DNA of 64,000 bases, from sequence record DRR378314_213. The stretch is one strand, 5' to 3'. The notes beneath the pieces are model-generated. The model saw nothing but the letters and a program-made list of their open reading frames with translations, had not been told where the DNA came from and ran no database searches. Position 1 is the first letter of the stretch. Each line of letters begins with the position of its first letter. Position numbers and translations under genes: made by a program. Shown piece after piece: positions 18,895 through 29,866 of the stretch.

Positions 18895-19398
18895 ATGTTT
18901 GATATTGGCTGGTCGGAAATGGTGTTTGTCGCCATAATTGCCGTACTGGTTATCGGCCCCAAGGATTTGCCGGGGGCGATTGCTGCGGTTGGTAAATATG
19001 TGCGTAAAATCAAGGGTTTTGCTCGCGAATTCCAATCAGGTATCGATGACCTGGCCCGTGAGTCGGAGCTGGATGAGCTGAAGAAAACAGTCAGTGGTGA
19101 TCAGTTTAATATCAAAAAACAGGTTGAAGATGCGGTTGATCCAACCGGGGACTTCTCCAAGGCTTTTGAAGATATAAAACCGGACATCCGTGAAGATCGC
19201 CCTGAACCGGAAAAGGCCGCAGAAACTGTGCAGACATCGCCGGCTTCCACATCATCGGCTTCCCGGTCCTCTGAAACGGTAGAGCAGCCAGAAAAACCTC
19301 AGCAGAAAATTGGGATCACGCCGGTTTCTGAAATCCATTATGATAAAGAGCCGGAAGCCGATAAAGCTTCGACCCCCACAGACAGTAAAGTTTCCTGA
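18895..19398 (+). CDS. tatB: Twin-arginine translocase subunit TatB
   Basis: MFDIGWSE...VIGPKDLP. Confidence 0.95.
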   Translation: MFDIGWSEMVFVAIIAVLVIGPKDLPGAIAAVGKYVRKIKGFAREFQSGIDDLARESELDELKKTVSGDQFNIKKQVEDAVDPTGDFSKAFEDIKPDIREDRPEPEKAAETVQTSPASTSSASRSSETVEQPEKPQQKIGITPVSEIHYDKEPEADKASTPTDSKVS

Positions 19399-19400
19399 AA

Positions 19401-20276
19401 ATGACAGCAGATAACGAGCTAGATAGCAGTAAAGCCCCATTGATGGAGCATATTGTTGAGTTCCGAAACAGGCTTGTTTATTCAGTTATCACGCTGCTGA
19501 TCACGTTTATATTCTGTTATTTTGTTAGTGAGGAACTTTTCCGGTTTCTCGTCCGCCCGCTGGTAGATGCATTGGGCGACGATGTTACCGGGCGGCGCAT
19601 GATCTATACAGGTCTGCATGAAGCCTTCTTTACCTATATCAAGATTGCCTTTTTTGTCGCGCTGTTTGTCTCTTTTCCAATCATTGCGACACAGATTTGG
19701 GCGTTCGTCGCACCCGGTCTTTATAAAAACGAAAAGAAGGCGTTTCTGCCGTTCCTGGTGGTAACGCCGGTCCTTTTCTTTATGGGCGGTGCGCTGGCCT
19801 ATGAACTGGTGATGCCACTGGCCTGGAACTTCTTGCTGGGCTTTGAAAGCTCGGGCGACAGCTCTATGTATGCCAAGGCCTATGCCGCCATTACCGAGAC
19901 TTATCCGGCAATGTTGGCGTATTTGCCCACACCTTCAGCGCCCATGTCATTGCCCATTCAGGCGGAGACACGGGTCAGTGAATATCTCAGCCTCTCCATG
20001 AAGTTGATATTTGCCTTTGGGCTTTGCTTTCAGCTGCCGGTTTTGCTGACCTTGTTAGGCCGTGTTGGCATCGTCTCCTCCGAAGGGTTGAAAAAGAAAT
20101 TCAAATATGCCGTGGTGTTTGCCTTTATCGCCGCCGCGGTTTTGACACCGCCCGATCCGCTTTCCCAAATCACTCTGGCTATTCCGATCATTATTCTCTA
20201 CGGAATTTCAATTTTGAGTGTGAAGATGGTTGAGAAAAAACGGGCTGCGCGCGAAGCCGAACTGGATGACGAGTAA
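19401..20276 (+). CDS. tatC: Twin-arginine translocase subunit TatC
   Basis: [32 protein letters not shown]. Confidence 0.95.
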   Translation: MTADNELDSSKAPLMEHIVEFRNRLVYSVITLLITFIFCYFVSEELFRFLVRPLVDALGDDVTGRRMIYTGLHEAFFTYIKIAFFVALFVSFPIIATQIWAFVAPGLYKNEKKAFLPFLVVTPVLFFMGGALAYELVMPLAWNFLLGFESSGDSSMYAKAYAAITETYPAMLAYLPTPSAPMSLPIQAETRVSEYLSLSMKLIFAFGLCFQLPVLLTLLGRVGIVSSEGLKKKFKYAVVFAFIAAAVLTPPDPLSQITLAIPIIILYGISILSVKMVEKKRAAREAELDDE

Positions 20277-20425
20277 GCTGGCCTTCAGGCCATGGAAATT
20301 CTGCAACAGTCCCGGCTTTCTTGCGGAAATCCCTCAGCGGGGTTCGGATTGCGACTGGACGAAGGGATGTCAGACGCTTATACAAAACATTCCAACCTGA
20401 TTTCAAACTGAAGACCGGCCAACAC

Positions 20426-21700
20426 ATGTTAGATTTACGATGGATTCGCGAAAACCCCGAGGCGTTTGACACTGCACTGGCCCGACGCGGGCTGGAGCCT
20501 TTATCGTCCAAGATTTTACAGATGGACGAAGCTCATCGTCAGTTGAAAACCGATCTGCAGACCAATCAGGCCCGCCGGAACGAGGCGGCCAAGGCGATCG
20601 GTAAGGCCAAATCCGCAGGCGAGGACGCCGACGCGCTCATTCAGGAAGTCGCCAGCCTGAAAACTGAAGTGCAGGAAATGGAAGCCAAGGATCGGGAAAT
20701 GGCGGAGGAGATGGACGCGCTTCTCTCCGGTATCCCAAATATCCTGAAAGAGGACGTTCCCGAGGGCGAGGATGAAGAGCAGAATGTCGAGCTTCGTCAA
20801 GTTGGCGATATTCCAAGCTTTGGTTTTGCACCGAAAGAGCATTATGAGCTTGGCGGTGATTTAGGGCTGATGGATTTTGAAACCGCCGCCAAACTTTCTG
20901 GCAGCCGGTTTGTTGTCAATAAAGGCGCTCTCGCCCGGTTGGAGCGGGCCCTGGCAGCTTTTATGATTGATGTCCAGACAGAAGAAAACGGCTATCTGGA
21001 AGTCTCTCCGCCGGTGATTGTTCGCAATCAGGCGCTTTATGGAACCAGCCAGCTACCTAAGTTCGAGGAAGATCTCTATAAATTGGATACAGGGAGTTAC
21101 CTGATCCCGACGGCAGAGGTTCCGCTGACCAACTTGGTCAGCGACAGCATTGTGAGTGAAGCCGATTTGCCGATGCGTTTCACCGCCCACACTCTTTGTT
21201 TCCGGTCCGAGGCCGGATCTGCAGGGAAGGATACTGCGGGGATGCTGCGCCAGCATCAGTTTGCCAAGGTGGAAATGGTTTCCATCACCACGCCGGAGCA
21301 ATCTGCGGATGAGCATGAACGAATGACAGCTTGTGCCGAGGGCATTCTGAAAAAATTGGGACTTGCCTATCGGGTCGTTGTGTTGTGCAGCGGTGATACT
21401 GGATTTGGGGCGCGCAAAACCTATGATATTGAAGTCTGGTTGCCCGGTCAGAATAGCTACCGGGAGATTTCTAGCTGTTCTGTTTGCGATGACTTTCAGG
21501 CGCGGCGGATGAAAGCCCGCTTCCGCCCCGAAGAGGGCAAGGGAACCCGGTTTGTTCATACTCTGAATGGATCCGGGCTGGCCGTTGGCCGGACGTTGAT
21601 TGCCGTGATGGAAAATTATCAGCAGGAAGATGGGTCTATTCTGATCCCGGAAGTTCTGCAGCCCTATATGGGCGGATTGACTAAGATCCAAGCCAATTAA
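20426..21700 (+). CDS. serS: Serine--tRNA ligase
   Basis: Start [39 protein letters not shown]. Confidence 0.97.
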   Translation: MLDLRWIRENPEAFDTALARRGLEPLSSKILQMDEAHRQLKTDLQTNQARRNEAAKAIGKAKSAGEDADALIQEVASLKTEVQEMEAKDREMAEEMDALLSGIPNILKEDVPEGEDEEQNVELRQVGDIPSFGFAPKEHYELGGDLGLMDFETAAKLSGSRFVVNKGALARLERALAAFMIDVQTEENGYLEVSPPVIVRNQALYGTSQLPKFEEDLYKLDTGSYLIPTAEVPLTNLVSDSIVSEADLPMRFTAHTLCFRSEAGSAGKDTAGMLRQHQFAKVEMVSITTPEQSADEHERMTACAEGILKKLGLAYRVVVLCSGDTGFGARKTYDIEVWLPGQNSYREISSCSVCDDFQARRMKARFRPEEGKGTRFVHTLNGSGLAVGRTLIAVMENYQQEDGSILIPEVLQPYMGGLTKIQAN

Positions 21701-21725
21701 CAACAAGAAAGGTTCAGGTGTAACT

Positions 21726-22481
21726 TTGAGAATTTTATTGAGTAATGACGACGGTTTTGATGCGCCGGGTATGGATGTCCTGCGGCGGATTGCAAATGCG
21801 CTTTCTGACGATGTTATCATTGTCGCCCCAGCGAAAGAACAGAGCGGCGCGTCCCGCTCGCTGACGCTGCATGATCCGATCCGTACCATCAAGCATTCCG
21901 AGACAGAATACGCAGTTGAGGGAACTCCTACGGATTGTGTCATGATGGCACTCAATTATCTTTTTAAAGACAATCCACCTGACTTGATCCTCTCTGGTGT
22001 GAACCGGGGCGGAAATCTGGGTGAAGATGTTCTGTATTCCGGAACTGTTGCCGCCGCGAGTGAGGGAACCCTCTTGGGTGTTCGCTCCATTGCGTTGAGC
22101 CAGTGTATTCTAGATGCGGATCAGATCTACTGGGAAACCGCAGAAACTCAGGCTGTTCAAGTGATCAAAAAACTGCTTGAGTTTGACTGGGGCGACGGCA
22201 ATTTGATGAATATTAACTTCCCACCGGTTCCCGCCGATCAGGTCACCGGTGTCGTGGTTACCCGTCAGGGTAAGCGGGATCTGTCAAATCTGCTGATTGA
22301 TGCGCGTGTGGATGCGCGGGGCCGGGAATATTTCTGGCTGGGGTATCGTCCGTCAATTGGCAAACCTGGCAAAGGGGATGATCTTCATGCGGTTGCCCGT
22401 GGCGAAGTCTCCGTGACACCGCTCAATTTGAATTTAACGGCGGATCCGATTGCGGAGAAACTGAAGCAAACACTATCCTGA
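21726..22481 (+). CDS. surE: 5'/3'-nucleotidase SurE
   Basis: ILLSNDDG, GTPTDC, SGVNRGGN, YSGTVAAA. Confidence 0.96.
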   Translation: MRILLSNDDGFDAPGMDVLRRIANALSDDVIIVAPAKEQSGASRSLTLHDPIRTIKHSETEYAVEGTPTDCVMMALNYLFKDNPPDLILSGVNRGGNLGEDVLYSGTVAAASEGTLLGVRSIALSQCILDADQIYWETAETQAVQVIKKLLEFDWGDGNLMNINFPPVPADQVTGVVVTRQGKRDLSNLLIDARVDARGREYFWLGYRPSIGKPGKGDDLHAVARGEVSVTPLNLNLTADPIAEKLKQTLS

Positions 22482-22507
22482 CGGTTCAGGTCGGTTAGAG
22501 AGTAGAT

Positions 22508-23155
22508 GTGAACGAAAATGCGGCACAAAAGATCCGTCTTTTGATGGAGCTTCGGCGAATGGGGATTACCAATACGGAAGTCCTTTCCGCCATTGAACGG
22601 GTTCCCCGGGAAGTTTTTGTGCCGCCGACATTCCGTGATCGGGCCTATGACAACATTGCGCTGCCGATCACCAGCGGCCAAACCATTAGCCAGCCTTATA
22701 TCGTCGCTTACATGACCCAGCTGCTGAACCCGGATGATCGGGCGAAGGTTCTGGAAATCGGGACGGGGTCCGGTTATCAGGCGGCTATTCTGTCCAAACT
22801 GTTTCGCCGTGTCTATTCCATCGAGCGCTATCGCAGTTTGCATCTGCAGGCATTGGAAATTTTTGAAAAGCTGAAAATCTCAAACCTGACCAGCAAACTG
22901 GGCGATGGCTACAAAGGATGGATAGAGCAGGCCCCCTTCAGTCATATCATTGTCACGGCTGCCGCCGAAGATGTCCCGGCCCCTCTGGTCGATCAGCTGG
23001 GAGATAATGGAACACTGGTTATACCCGTGGGGCCAGATCAGGGAGATCAGACGATTTTGCGGATCACCAAAGACCACCATGGGATGATCGCAGAGGAGGA
23101 GCTAATCCCCGTCAGATTCGTTCCACTAGTTCAAGGGCTTGCGGTCGAAACTTGA
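22508..23155 (+). CDS. pcm: Protein-L-isoaspartate O-methyltransferase
   Basis: GQTISQP, VLEIGTGSGYQAA, VRFVPL. Confidence 0.95.
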   Translation: MNENAAQKIRLLMELRRMGITNTEVLSAIERVPREVFVPPTFRDRAYDNIALPITSGQTISQPYIVAYMTQLLNPDDRAKVLEIGTGSGYQAAILSKLFRRVYSIERYRSLHLQALEIFEKLKISNLTSKLGDGYKGWIEQAPFSHIIVTAAAEDVPAPLVDQLGDNGTLVIPVGPDQGDQTILRITKDHHGMIAEEELIPVRFVPLVQGLAVET

Positions 23156-23207
23156 GAGACTACTATATCTGTGGGTAGGTTAAATTTCTTGCGATTCGCC
23201 GCTTTTT

Positions 23208-24527
23208 ATGGTTAAATTTAAACCTATGATGGCAATGAACCTGAAAAAGTTGATTAAGCTGGGGCTGTTGACCCTGGTCGCTGCGAATTTACCCGGCTGT
23301 GTCTATGACCGGTATTTGCAACAAGCCGAAGGGCGCAAGCTGACCCAGTCTGCGCCTGTGCAAACCCGTGCGGCCACACCGTCACCCTCTGTGGTGACCG
23401 TCAGTGGAACCGGATATTACGACAACATTGCATACCGACATGTGACTGTTCAACCCGGCGATAGCCTGACACTTATTGCCAAACGTCATCATGCGCCTTT
23501 CTCATCGATTGTTGCCTTGAACAATAGCGAGCCACCTTATCTTATTTATCCTGGCCAATTGGTGAAAGTTCCGGATTTTGGACTGCACCGGGTCAAATCA
23601 GGGGAAACGCTTTATGCCATTTCCCGGGTTTATAATGTTGAAATGAGTGAACTGGCACATTTTAACGCCCTGCAGGCGCCTTATTCCTTGGCACCGGGAA
23701 TTTCTTTAAATATTCCGCTATCCAAAGATAAACAAACGCGGGTTGCGGCAGTTGGTAAGACGGCCTGGGCCGTGTCTTCAAACGAGGCAGAGCAACCTTC
23801 GGTGCAGGCGGGAACGGGTCATAATACCATCTCAACGTCTCCAAAATCGGTTGCCGTGAAGCCTATGGCGGCGCCGACACCACAGAAACGGGACACGGGA
23901 CCAATTCGTCAGCCTTCGGTTCAGGCGCAGAAGCCAGATCAGGGCACAGTTACAGCTCCCGCGCCAAACAGACCAGTGCAAAAAGCCAAGTCAGCGGATA
24001 AGCCCGTTCAGGTCGCGTCCATTTCACCAACGACAGTCACAGATACACCCGTGTCGGAGCCGGAAATTGGAACCGAAATTCCAGCAGCGCAGCTGCCACC
24101 GCTGCCGCGCGCGCGCTATACTATTAAAAGTCCGCCAGTCCGCGAAGGAGGCCGTTTTGGCTGGCCCGCCAAGGGAAACGTAATTTCCAGCTATGGGAAG
24201 AAAGATAGCGGTTTTCATAATGACGGTATCAATATCAAGCTGCAGCCCGGAACCCAAATCAGAGCCGCGGAAAATGGCGTTGTGTCTTATGTTGGAAATG
24301 AGATGCGGTCTTTTGGTAATCTGGTTCTGATTTCCCACGCGGATGGATATGTGACCACCTATGGCCATCTGGCATCCATGTCGGTTTACAAGGGGCAGCG
24401 GATCAAAAAGGGGATGGTGATCGGCACAGCCGGTGCAACGGGCGATGTCCAGATCCCACAGCTCCATTTTGAAATCCGCAAAAACGGCGCCGCTCAAAAC
24501 CCGCAACGGCTTTTGGCGTCCCGTTAA
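23208..24527 (+). CDS. nlpD: LysM/M23 peptidase-family lipoprotein (NlpD-like)
   Basis: Lipobox LPGC; two LysM repeats; M23 domain WPAKG...NDGINI...YGH...QLHFEIR; follows surE-pcm. Confidence 0.85.
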   Translation: MVKFKPMMAMNLKKLIKLGLLTLVAANLPGCVYDRYLQQAEGRKLTQSAPVQTRAATPSPSVVTVSGTGYYDNIAYRHVTVQPGDSLTLIAKRHHAPFSSIVALNNSEPPYLIYPGQLVKVPDFGLHRVKSGETLYAISRVYNVEMSELAHFNALQAPYSLAPGISLNIPLSKDKQTRVAAVGKTAWAVSSNEAEQPSVQAGTGHNTISTSPKSVAVKPMAAPTPQKRDTGPIRQPSVQAQKPDQGTVTAPAPNRPVQKAKSADKPVQVASISPTTVTDTPVSEPEIGTEIPAAQLPPLPRARYTIKSPPVREGGRFGWPAKGNVISSYGKKDSGFHNDGINIKLQPGTQIRAAENGVVSYVGNEMRSFGNLVLISHADGYVTTYGHLASMSVYKGQRIKKGMVIGTAGATGDVQIPQLHFEIRKNGAAQNPQRLLASR

Positions 24528-24569
24528 AAGGCTTTCACCAATTCTAATGTCACGAAAGAGGCTGGAGGG

Positions 24570-25427
24570 TTAATCCAGCCGGGTTTCGGTGCGGCCAGCC
24601 AGATCCTGGACATATTGCCAGGCGACCCGACCTGAACGGGAGCCGCGGGTGCGCATCCATTCAATGGCTTCCTTGACCATCTGCTCATCTTCAATTGGAA
24701 TGTTGTAATGAGAGATATAACCCCGAATCATATCCAGATATTCATCCTGCGAACAGCTATGAAAGCCGAGCCACAGGCCAAACCGGTCTGAGAGGGAGAC
24801 TTTCTCTTCAATCGCTTCAGAGGGGATGACGGCCGTTGATCGTTCGTTTTCAATCATATCCCGGCGCATCAGATGACGCCGGTTGGATGTGGCATAGAAA
24901 ATGACGTTCCTGGGTCGCCCTTCCAAACCACCATCGAGAACTGTTTTTAGGGATTTATAAGTATCGTCATCGCCATCAAAAGACAGATCATCACAGAAAA
25001 GGATGATGTTGCGGTCGGACTTTTGTAACGTGAGCAACAATTCAGGGAGAGAGGGAATATCCTCTCGATGGATCTCCACGAGCACCAGAGTGTTTTTGAG
25101 CTCTTTATTCACCAGGTCATGGACCGCCTTGACCAGTGAGCTTTTGCCCATTCCGCGAGCCCCCCACAACAGGGCGTTGTTGGCCGAATAACCCTTGGCA
25201 AAGCGCGACGTATTGTCAATTAGGATGTCGCGCACCTGATCAATACCCTTGAGCATGCCCATATCCACATGATTGACAGACGGAATAGGCCGAAGGACGT
25301 TATTTTCTGCATTCCAGATAAAAGCATCGCCTTTGCTGAGGTCCGGGGCGTTTTTTGGTCGCGGTGCGATCCGGTCTAGACTATCGGCAATTCGGGTGAG
25401 TTGTTGGAGAATTTCTTTTTTGCTCAT
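24570..25427 (-). CDS. DUF815 family AAA+ ATPase
   Basis: LLWGARGMGKSS, FCDDLSF, YATSNRRHL, EEKVSLSDRFGL, SGRVAWQ. Confidence 0.9.
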   Translation of the reverse strand: MSKKEILQQLTRIADSLDRIAPRPKNAPDLSKGDAFIWNAENNVLRPIPSVNHVDMGMLKGIDQVRDILIDNTSRFAKGYSANNALLWGARGMGKSSLVKAVHDLVNKELKNTLVLVEIHREDIPSLPELLLTLQKSDRNIILFCDDLSFDGDDDTYKSLKTVLDGGLEGRPRNVIFYATSNRRHLMRRDMIENERSTAVIPSEAIEEKVSLSDRFGLWLGFHSCSQDEYLDMIRGYISHYNIPIEDEQMVKEAIEWMRTRGSRSGRVAWQYVQDLAGRTETRLD

Positions 25428-25683
25428 GATCCACGATTGAAAGTTGATTGTTGCATCCCAATCTAAAGATTTGACCATAAAATCCCAGCGAAAAGAATAA
25501 GGATCCATAATATTCTGCCGGGATAGAGGGACATCATGGGCGATTAAGAGATTGCTGCTTGCAATGAAGCATAGGTCTACTATAACAGTCGTTCGAGTTT
25601 TTCAGTGTTTTGGACCAGCTGTCCAGAGGCTGATCTGAATTGCAACGAGCTTGAGTGAAAAGCGTAAGTTAAGGAATTGAGGA

Positions 25684-26034
25684 ATGAGCCAGGAACTTGT
25701 GCAATTGATGCCACTAATCCTGATCGGTGTGGTGTTCTATTTTCTGTTGATCCGTCCTCAGCAGAAAAAAGTTAAAGATCACCGGGCCATGATTGAATCT
25801 GTGCGTCGTGGGGATAATATTGTAACCTCCGGCGGAATTCTTGGCAAAGTTACCAAGGTGCGTGACGACAACGTCGTTCAGGTTGAAATTGCCCCGGAAG
25901 TTCGGATCGACGTGGTGAAATCCACGATTTCTGAAGTGCGCGGGAAGACAGAACCTGCTGATACAACAGCGGCACCAAAGCCAGAAGGTGAGAAACCTTC
26001 CGGTGGTCTTTCAGGATTTTTCAAGAAGAAATAA
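25684..26034 (+). CDS. yajC: Preprotein translocase subunit YajC
   Basis: FYFLLIRPQQKK, GDNIVTSGGILG. Confidence 0.95.
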   Translation: MSQELVQLMPLILIGVVFYFLLIRPQQKKVKDHRAMIESVRRGDNIVTSGGILGKVTKVRDDNVVQVEIAPEVRIDVVKSTISEVRGKTEPADTTAAPKPEGEKPSGGLSGFFKKK

Positions 26035-26043
26035 CGGTAGACC

Positions 26044-27621
26044 ATGCTCAGCTTCCCTAAATGGAAGGCCGCTCTGGTAGTTCTCGTCTGCCTGTTGGGT
26101 GTTGCCTATACAATCCCGAATTTTGTGCCCAAATCTGCCTTGGAAGGGGTGCCTGAATGGGCGCCCAGCAAACAGATCACATTGGGGCTGGACCTGCAGG
26201 GAGGCTCTCATCTGCTGATGCAGGTGGATACCGATGATGTGAGGACCAAGGTCCTGGATAGCCTTATGGACGAGGTTCGCAATAGCTTTCGGAACGAGGA
26301 AACCCGGATCGGCTATCGAAACTTGAAAGTGACCGGCGATAAGGTGACATTCTCGCTTCGCAAAGCTGAGGAACGGGATGCGGCCTATGACGCCCTTCGC
26401 TCGATTTCCTCCATCCTGTCAAATGGGCAGCAAAGTCATCTGATAGAGCTTAGTGATGATGGTAAGGTTGGCTCGATCCAACCGAGTGAGCAAGCCTATA
26501 CCGATCGTATCAGTGCTGTAGTTGATCAATCCATTGAGATTATTGGCCGCCGGGTTAATGAAACCGGGATTAATGAGCCAACTATTCAACGACAGGGCGC
26601 GGACCGGATTCTGGTTCAATTGCCGGGTGTTGGAAACCCTCAGCGAATTATCGATTTGATCGGTCAGACTGCTCAGCTAACCTTTCATCTGGTGGATTTG
26701 ACATCTGCTGATGGAAATGCGCCGGCTGGTTCCAAGAAACTTCCGTCTCTGGATGAAGAGGGGGTTAGTTATGTTGTGAAAAACCGGGTGATGGTTTCTG
26801 GTGAGAATCTGGAGGATGCGCAAGCAACCTTTAGTCAGGGGCAACCCGTTGTCAGTATTCGCTTTGACGGTCTGGGGGGTAAGCAGTTTGCCCGTGTGAC
26901 CACCGACAATGTCCGGAAACCTTTTGCTATTGTTCTGGATGGCAAAGTTATCAGCGCACCCCGAATTAATGAGCCTATTCTGGGCGGTCAGGCGATTATT
27001 ACGGGTGGCTTTAACGTCCAGGGAGCCCAGGATCTGGCCCTGTTGCTGAGAGCCGGTGCTTTGCCTGCTCCTTTAAAAATTCTTGAACAGCGATCTGTTG
27101 GTCCTGATCTTGGTGCCGATTCCATTGCGGCGGGTGAAATTGCGGGTCTTATTGGGCTGCTCGCCGTTGCCGTCTTTATGATCGTCACCTATGGCTTCTT
27201 TGGTCTGGTCGCGGATATTGCGCTGGCGGCCAACATATTCTTGATTATGGCTATTCTGTCGGTCCTAGGCGCGACACTGACGCTTCCTGGCATTGCCGGT
27301 ATTATTCTGACCATCGGTATGGCCGTGGATGCCAACGTTCTGATTTTTGAGCGTATCCGAGAGGAAAGCCGAAATGGAAAGACCCCGTCCAATGCCATTG
27401 AAAGTGGGTATCAACGGGCCTTTACAACTATCGTGGATGCCAATGTGACCACTGGTATCGCCGCCACGATCCTGTTTGTCATGGGCTCCGGCCCGGTGAA
27501 GGGATTTGCCGTAACACTTGGGGTCGGGATTATCTGTTCCATGTTCACGGCAATCTTGCTGTCACGAATGATTATTTCTATATGGGCGTTCAAAACACGT
27601 CCAGAAACCCTGAAGGCGTAG
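26044..27621 (+). CDS. secD: Protein translocase subunit SecD
   Basis: LGLDLQGG, LRAGALPA, GMAVDANVLIFERIREE. Confidence 0.96.
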   Translation: MLSFPKWKAALVVLVCLLGVAYTIPNFVPKSALEGVPEWAPSKQITLGLDLQGGSHLLMQVDTDDVRTKVLDSLMDEVRNSFRNEETRIGYRNLKVTGDKVTFSLRKAEERDAAYDALRSISSILSNGQQSHLIELSDDGKVGSIQPSEQAYTDRISAVVDQSIEIIGRRVNETGINEPTIQRQGADRILVQLPGVGNPQRIIDLIGQTAQLTFHLVDLTSADGNAPAGSKKLPSLDEEGVSYVVKNRVMVSGENLEDAQATFSQGQPVVSIRFDGLGGKQFARVTTDNVRKPFAIVLDGKVISAPRINEPILGGQAIITGGFNVQGAQDLALLLRAGALPAPLKILEQRSVGPDLGADSIAAGEIAGLIGLLAVAVFMIVTYGFFGLVADIALAANIFLIMAILSVLGATLTLPGIAGIILTIGMAVDANVLIFERIREESRNGKTPSNAIESGYQRAFTTIVDANVTTGIAATILFVMGSGPVKGFAVTLGVGIICSMFTAILLSRMIISIWAFKTRPETLKA

Positions 27622-27634
27622 GGAGAGGGAACCC

Positions 27635-28594
27635 ATGCAGTTGAAACTTATTCCTGATACGCTTCGTCTTCCCTTTTTGAAGTTCCGCAAGATCAGCCTT
27701 TCGGCCTCTGCGGTCTTGATGTTGCTTTCCGTCGTGATGTTTTTCGGTCCCGGATTGAACAAAGGCATCGATTTTGAAGGCGGCATAATGATCGAGGTGA
27801 AACTCGATAAGCCGCCCGTTCTCTCAGATATGAGAAGTTCACTTGGCAGTTTGGGACTTGGTCAGGTTTCCTTGCAAACCTTTGGTGCATCTGACGATAT
27901 TCTGATCCGGGTGGAGCGCCAGGAAGGTGGTAATGAAGCCCAGAAGCTTGCTGTGGACGCTGTGAAAGCCCAACTGGTTAAAGAGTATGGGGATGATATT
28001 TCCTACCGCCGGATTGAATTTGTCGGCCCAACAGTTTCCGCCGAACTGGTTCAAACCGCTATTGAGGCGGTGTTGGTCGCGGTTATCGCCATCCTGATTT
28101 ATATCTGGCTGCGCTTTGAATGGCATTATTCTGTCGGCGCGATTGCCGCACTTGTCCATGACGTGTTCCTGACGATCGGTATGTTCACTTTGACCGGGAT
28201 TGAATTTAATCTGGCATCGGTTGCGGCAATCCTGACAATCGTTGGATATTCGATCAACGATACCGTGGTTGTTTATGACCGCATTCGAGAGAATTTCCGC
28301 CGCTACAAGAAAATGGAAGTGAAGGATCTTCTGGACCTTTCTATTAACGAGACTTTGTCCCGAACAGTTATTACCTCTTTAACGACGTTGTTGGCACTGC
28401 TGGCCTTGTTTATCTTTGGCGGTGAAGTGATCCGTGGATTTGCTCTGGCCATGATTTTTGGTGTGGTTGTGGGAACCTATTCCTCGATCTTCGTTGCGGC
28501 CCCAATCCTGTTACAGATTGGTCTGAAGCATCATAATGAGGAAGAGGACGGCTTTAAACCATCTCCTGATGATGCGGTTGACACTGAGAAGTAA
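27635..28594 (+). CDS. secF: Protein translocase subunit SecF
   Basis: GIDFEGG, GYSINDTVVVYDRIRE, GTYSSIF. Confidence 0.96.
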   Translation: MQLKLIPDTLRLPFLKFRKISLSASAVLMLLSVVMFFGPGLNKGIDFEGGIMIEVKLDKPPVLSDMRSSLGSLGLGQVSLQTFGASDDILIRVERQEGGNEAQKLAVDAVKAQLVKEYGDDISYRRIEFVGPTVSAELVQTAIEAVLVAVIAILIYIWLRFEWHYSVGAIAALVHDVFLTIGMFTLTGIEFNLASVAAILTIVGYSINDTVVVYDRIRENFRRYKKMEVKDLLDLSINETLSRTVITSLTTLLALLALFIFGGEVIRGFALAMIFGVVVGTYSSIFVAAPILLQIGLKHHNEEEDGFKPSPDDAVDTEK

Positions 28595-28625
28595 TCGATT
28601 ACCCTCGTCCTTGAAGGAGTAAGCT

Positions 28626-29003
28626 ATGCAGGATATTTCCGGGCTCCCGGATGAGGGGCAGCAACTTATTAATTCATATGGGGATGGTGGCTTTCGGGTC
28701 AGCGGTGTCCGTTATGATGGCAATGTTCTCATTTTACCGGATGAAACCCAGCAATGGACCCTTGAAAAGCTTGAGGATCTTACCCTGGATTCTTTGCAGC
28801 CCATTTTGGATGCAGACCCTTCCGTGGAAATTTTGTTGATCGGGTGCGGGACCTCTATGGCTTTTGTGGACGAGGGCGTCCGCACTCATTTGCGTGAAAA
28901 TGGAATTACGGTGGACAGTATGGACAGCGGCGCGGCGGCACGGACCTATAATGTTCTACTGTTGGAAAAGCGACGGGTTGCAGCTGCACTTATTGCTGCC
29001 TGA
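28626..29003 (+). CDS. Mth938-like (NDUFAF3-like) protein
   Basis: YGDGGF, EILLIGCG, MDSGAAARTYNVLLLEKRRVAAALI. Confidence 0.9.
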   Translation: MQDISGLPDEGQQLINSYGDGGFRVSGVRYDGNVLILPDETQQWTLEKLEDLTLDSLQPILDADPSVEILLIGCGTSMAFVDEGVRTHLRENGITVDSMDSGAAARTYNVLLLEKRRVAAALIAA

Positions 29004-29023
29004 CCGGTTGGGCAAATGACATG

Positions 29024-29053
29024 AAAAAAGGCGCTTTTAAAAGCGCCTTTTTT
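29024..29053. terminator. Bidirectional terminator (perfect 30-bp palindrome)
   Basis: AAAAAAGGCGCTTTT|AAAAGCGCCTTTTTT between convergent genes. Confidence 0.85.
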
Positions 29054-29075
29054 GTTGTCTATCGGGATTTGAGGG

Positions 29076-29669
29076 TTAGGCTTTCGCCAGGTTCTCGTTC
29101 GCAAATTCCCAGTTGATCAGGTTTTCCAGGAAGGCACCCATATAGTCGGGGCGGCGGTTCTGGAAGTCCAGATAGTATGCGTGTTCCCAAACATCCATGG
29201 TGATCAGCGGTGTTGCACCGTCTGTCAGCGGACATTCGGCATTTGGTGTTTTGGTGACTTTCAGTTTGCCGCCGTCCAGGACCAGCCATGCCCAGCCGGA
29301 ACCGAACTGTGTGGCGCCTGCTGTTTTAAATTCTTCAGCAAATTTTTCATATGATCCAAAATCTTCGTTGATTTTGTCAGCGATTGCGCCGGTTGGTGCG
29401 CCGCCACCATTGGGTGACATGGAATTCCAATAGAAAGTGTGGTTCCAAACCTGGGCGGCATTGTTAAAGATACCGGCCTTGGAAGCGTCACCAGCGGTTT
29501 CCTTCATCAACTGTTCCAGAGGCTTGCTACTATCTCCATCCAGCAGATTATTGAGGTTCACAACATATGTGTTGTGGTGCTTGCCGTGATGGAAATTCAG
29601 AGTTTCCTCGGAGATGTGCGGAGCCAATGCAGTTTTTGCATAAGGGAGCTCTGGTAGTTCGTATGCCAT
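29076..29669 (-). CDS. sodB: Superoxide dismutase [Fe]
   Basis: HHGKHH, FNNAAQVWNHTFYW (Fe-type), DVWEHAYY. Confidence 0.93.
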   Translation of the reverse strand: MAYELPELPYAKTALAPHISEETLNFHHGKHHNTYVVNLNNLLDGDSSKPLEQLMKETAGDASKAGIFNNAAQVWNHTFYWNSMSPNGGGAPTGAIADKINEDFGSYEKFAEEFKTAGATQFGSGWAWLVLDGGKLKVTKTPNAECPLTDGATPLITMDVWEHAYYLDFQNRRPDYMGAFLENLINWEFANENLAKA

Positions 29670-29866
29670 ATTATCCTCTCGCCAGTTAATAACAGTTCTA
29701 TGCTGTTGTGATTATGTCGTTATCACTCTAGATATGTAATCCAAATGCTTATACCAGTGATGAATGACAAAAAACAGGCTATCCAACCACATTTTTTAAT
29801 TATTCTAAGGTTGGGTTTCACTAATCAGCCGGGAGAAATCCGGGAGAAAGTTTTGAGGAGCTAGGT

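Noticed and set aside
20277-20425. Possible tRNA or T-box upstream of serS, and the extended serS start at 20321
   Set aside because: No cloverleaf or T-box consensus; SerRS homology begins at the ATG at 20426
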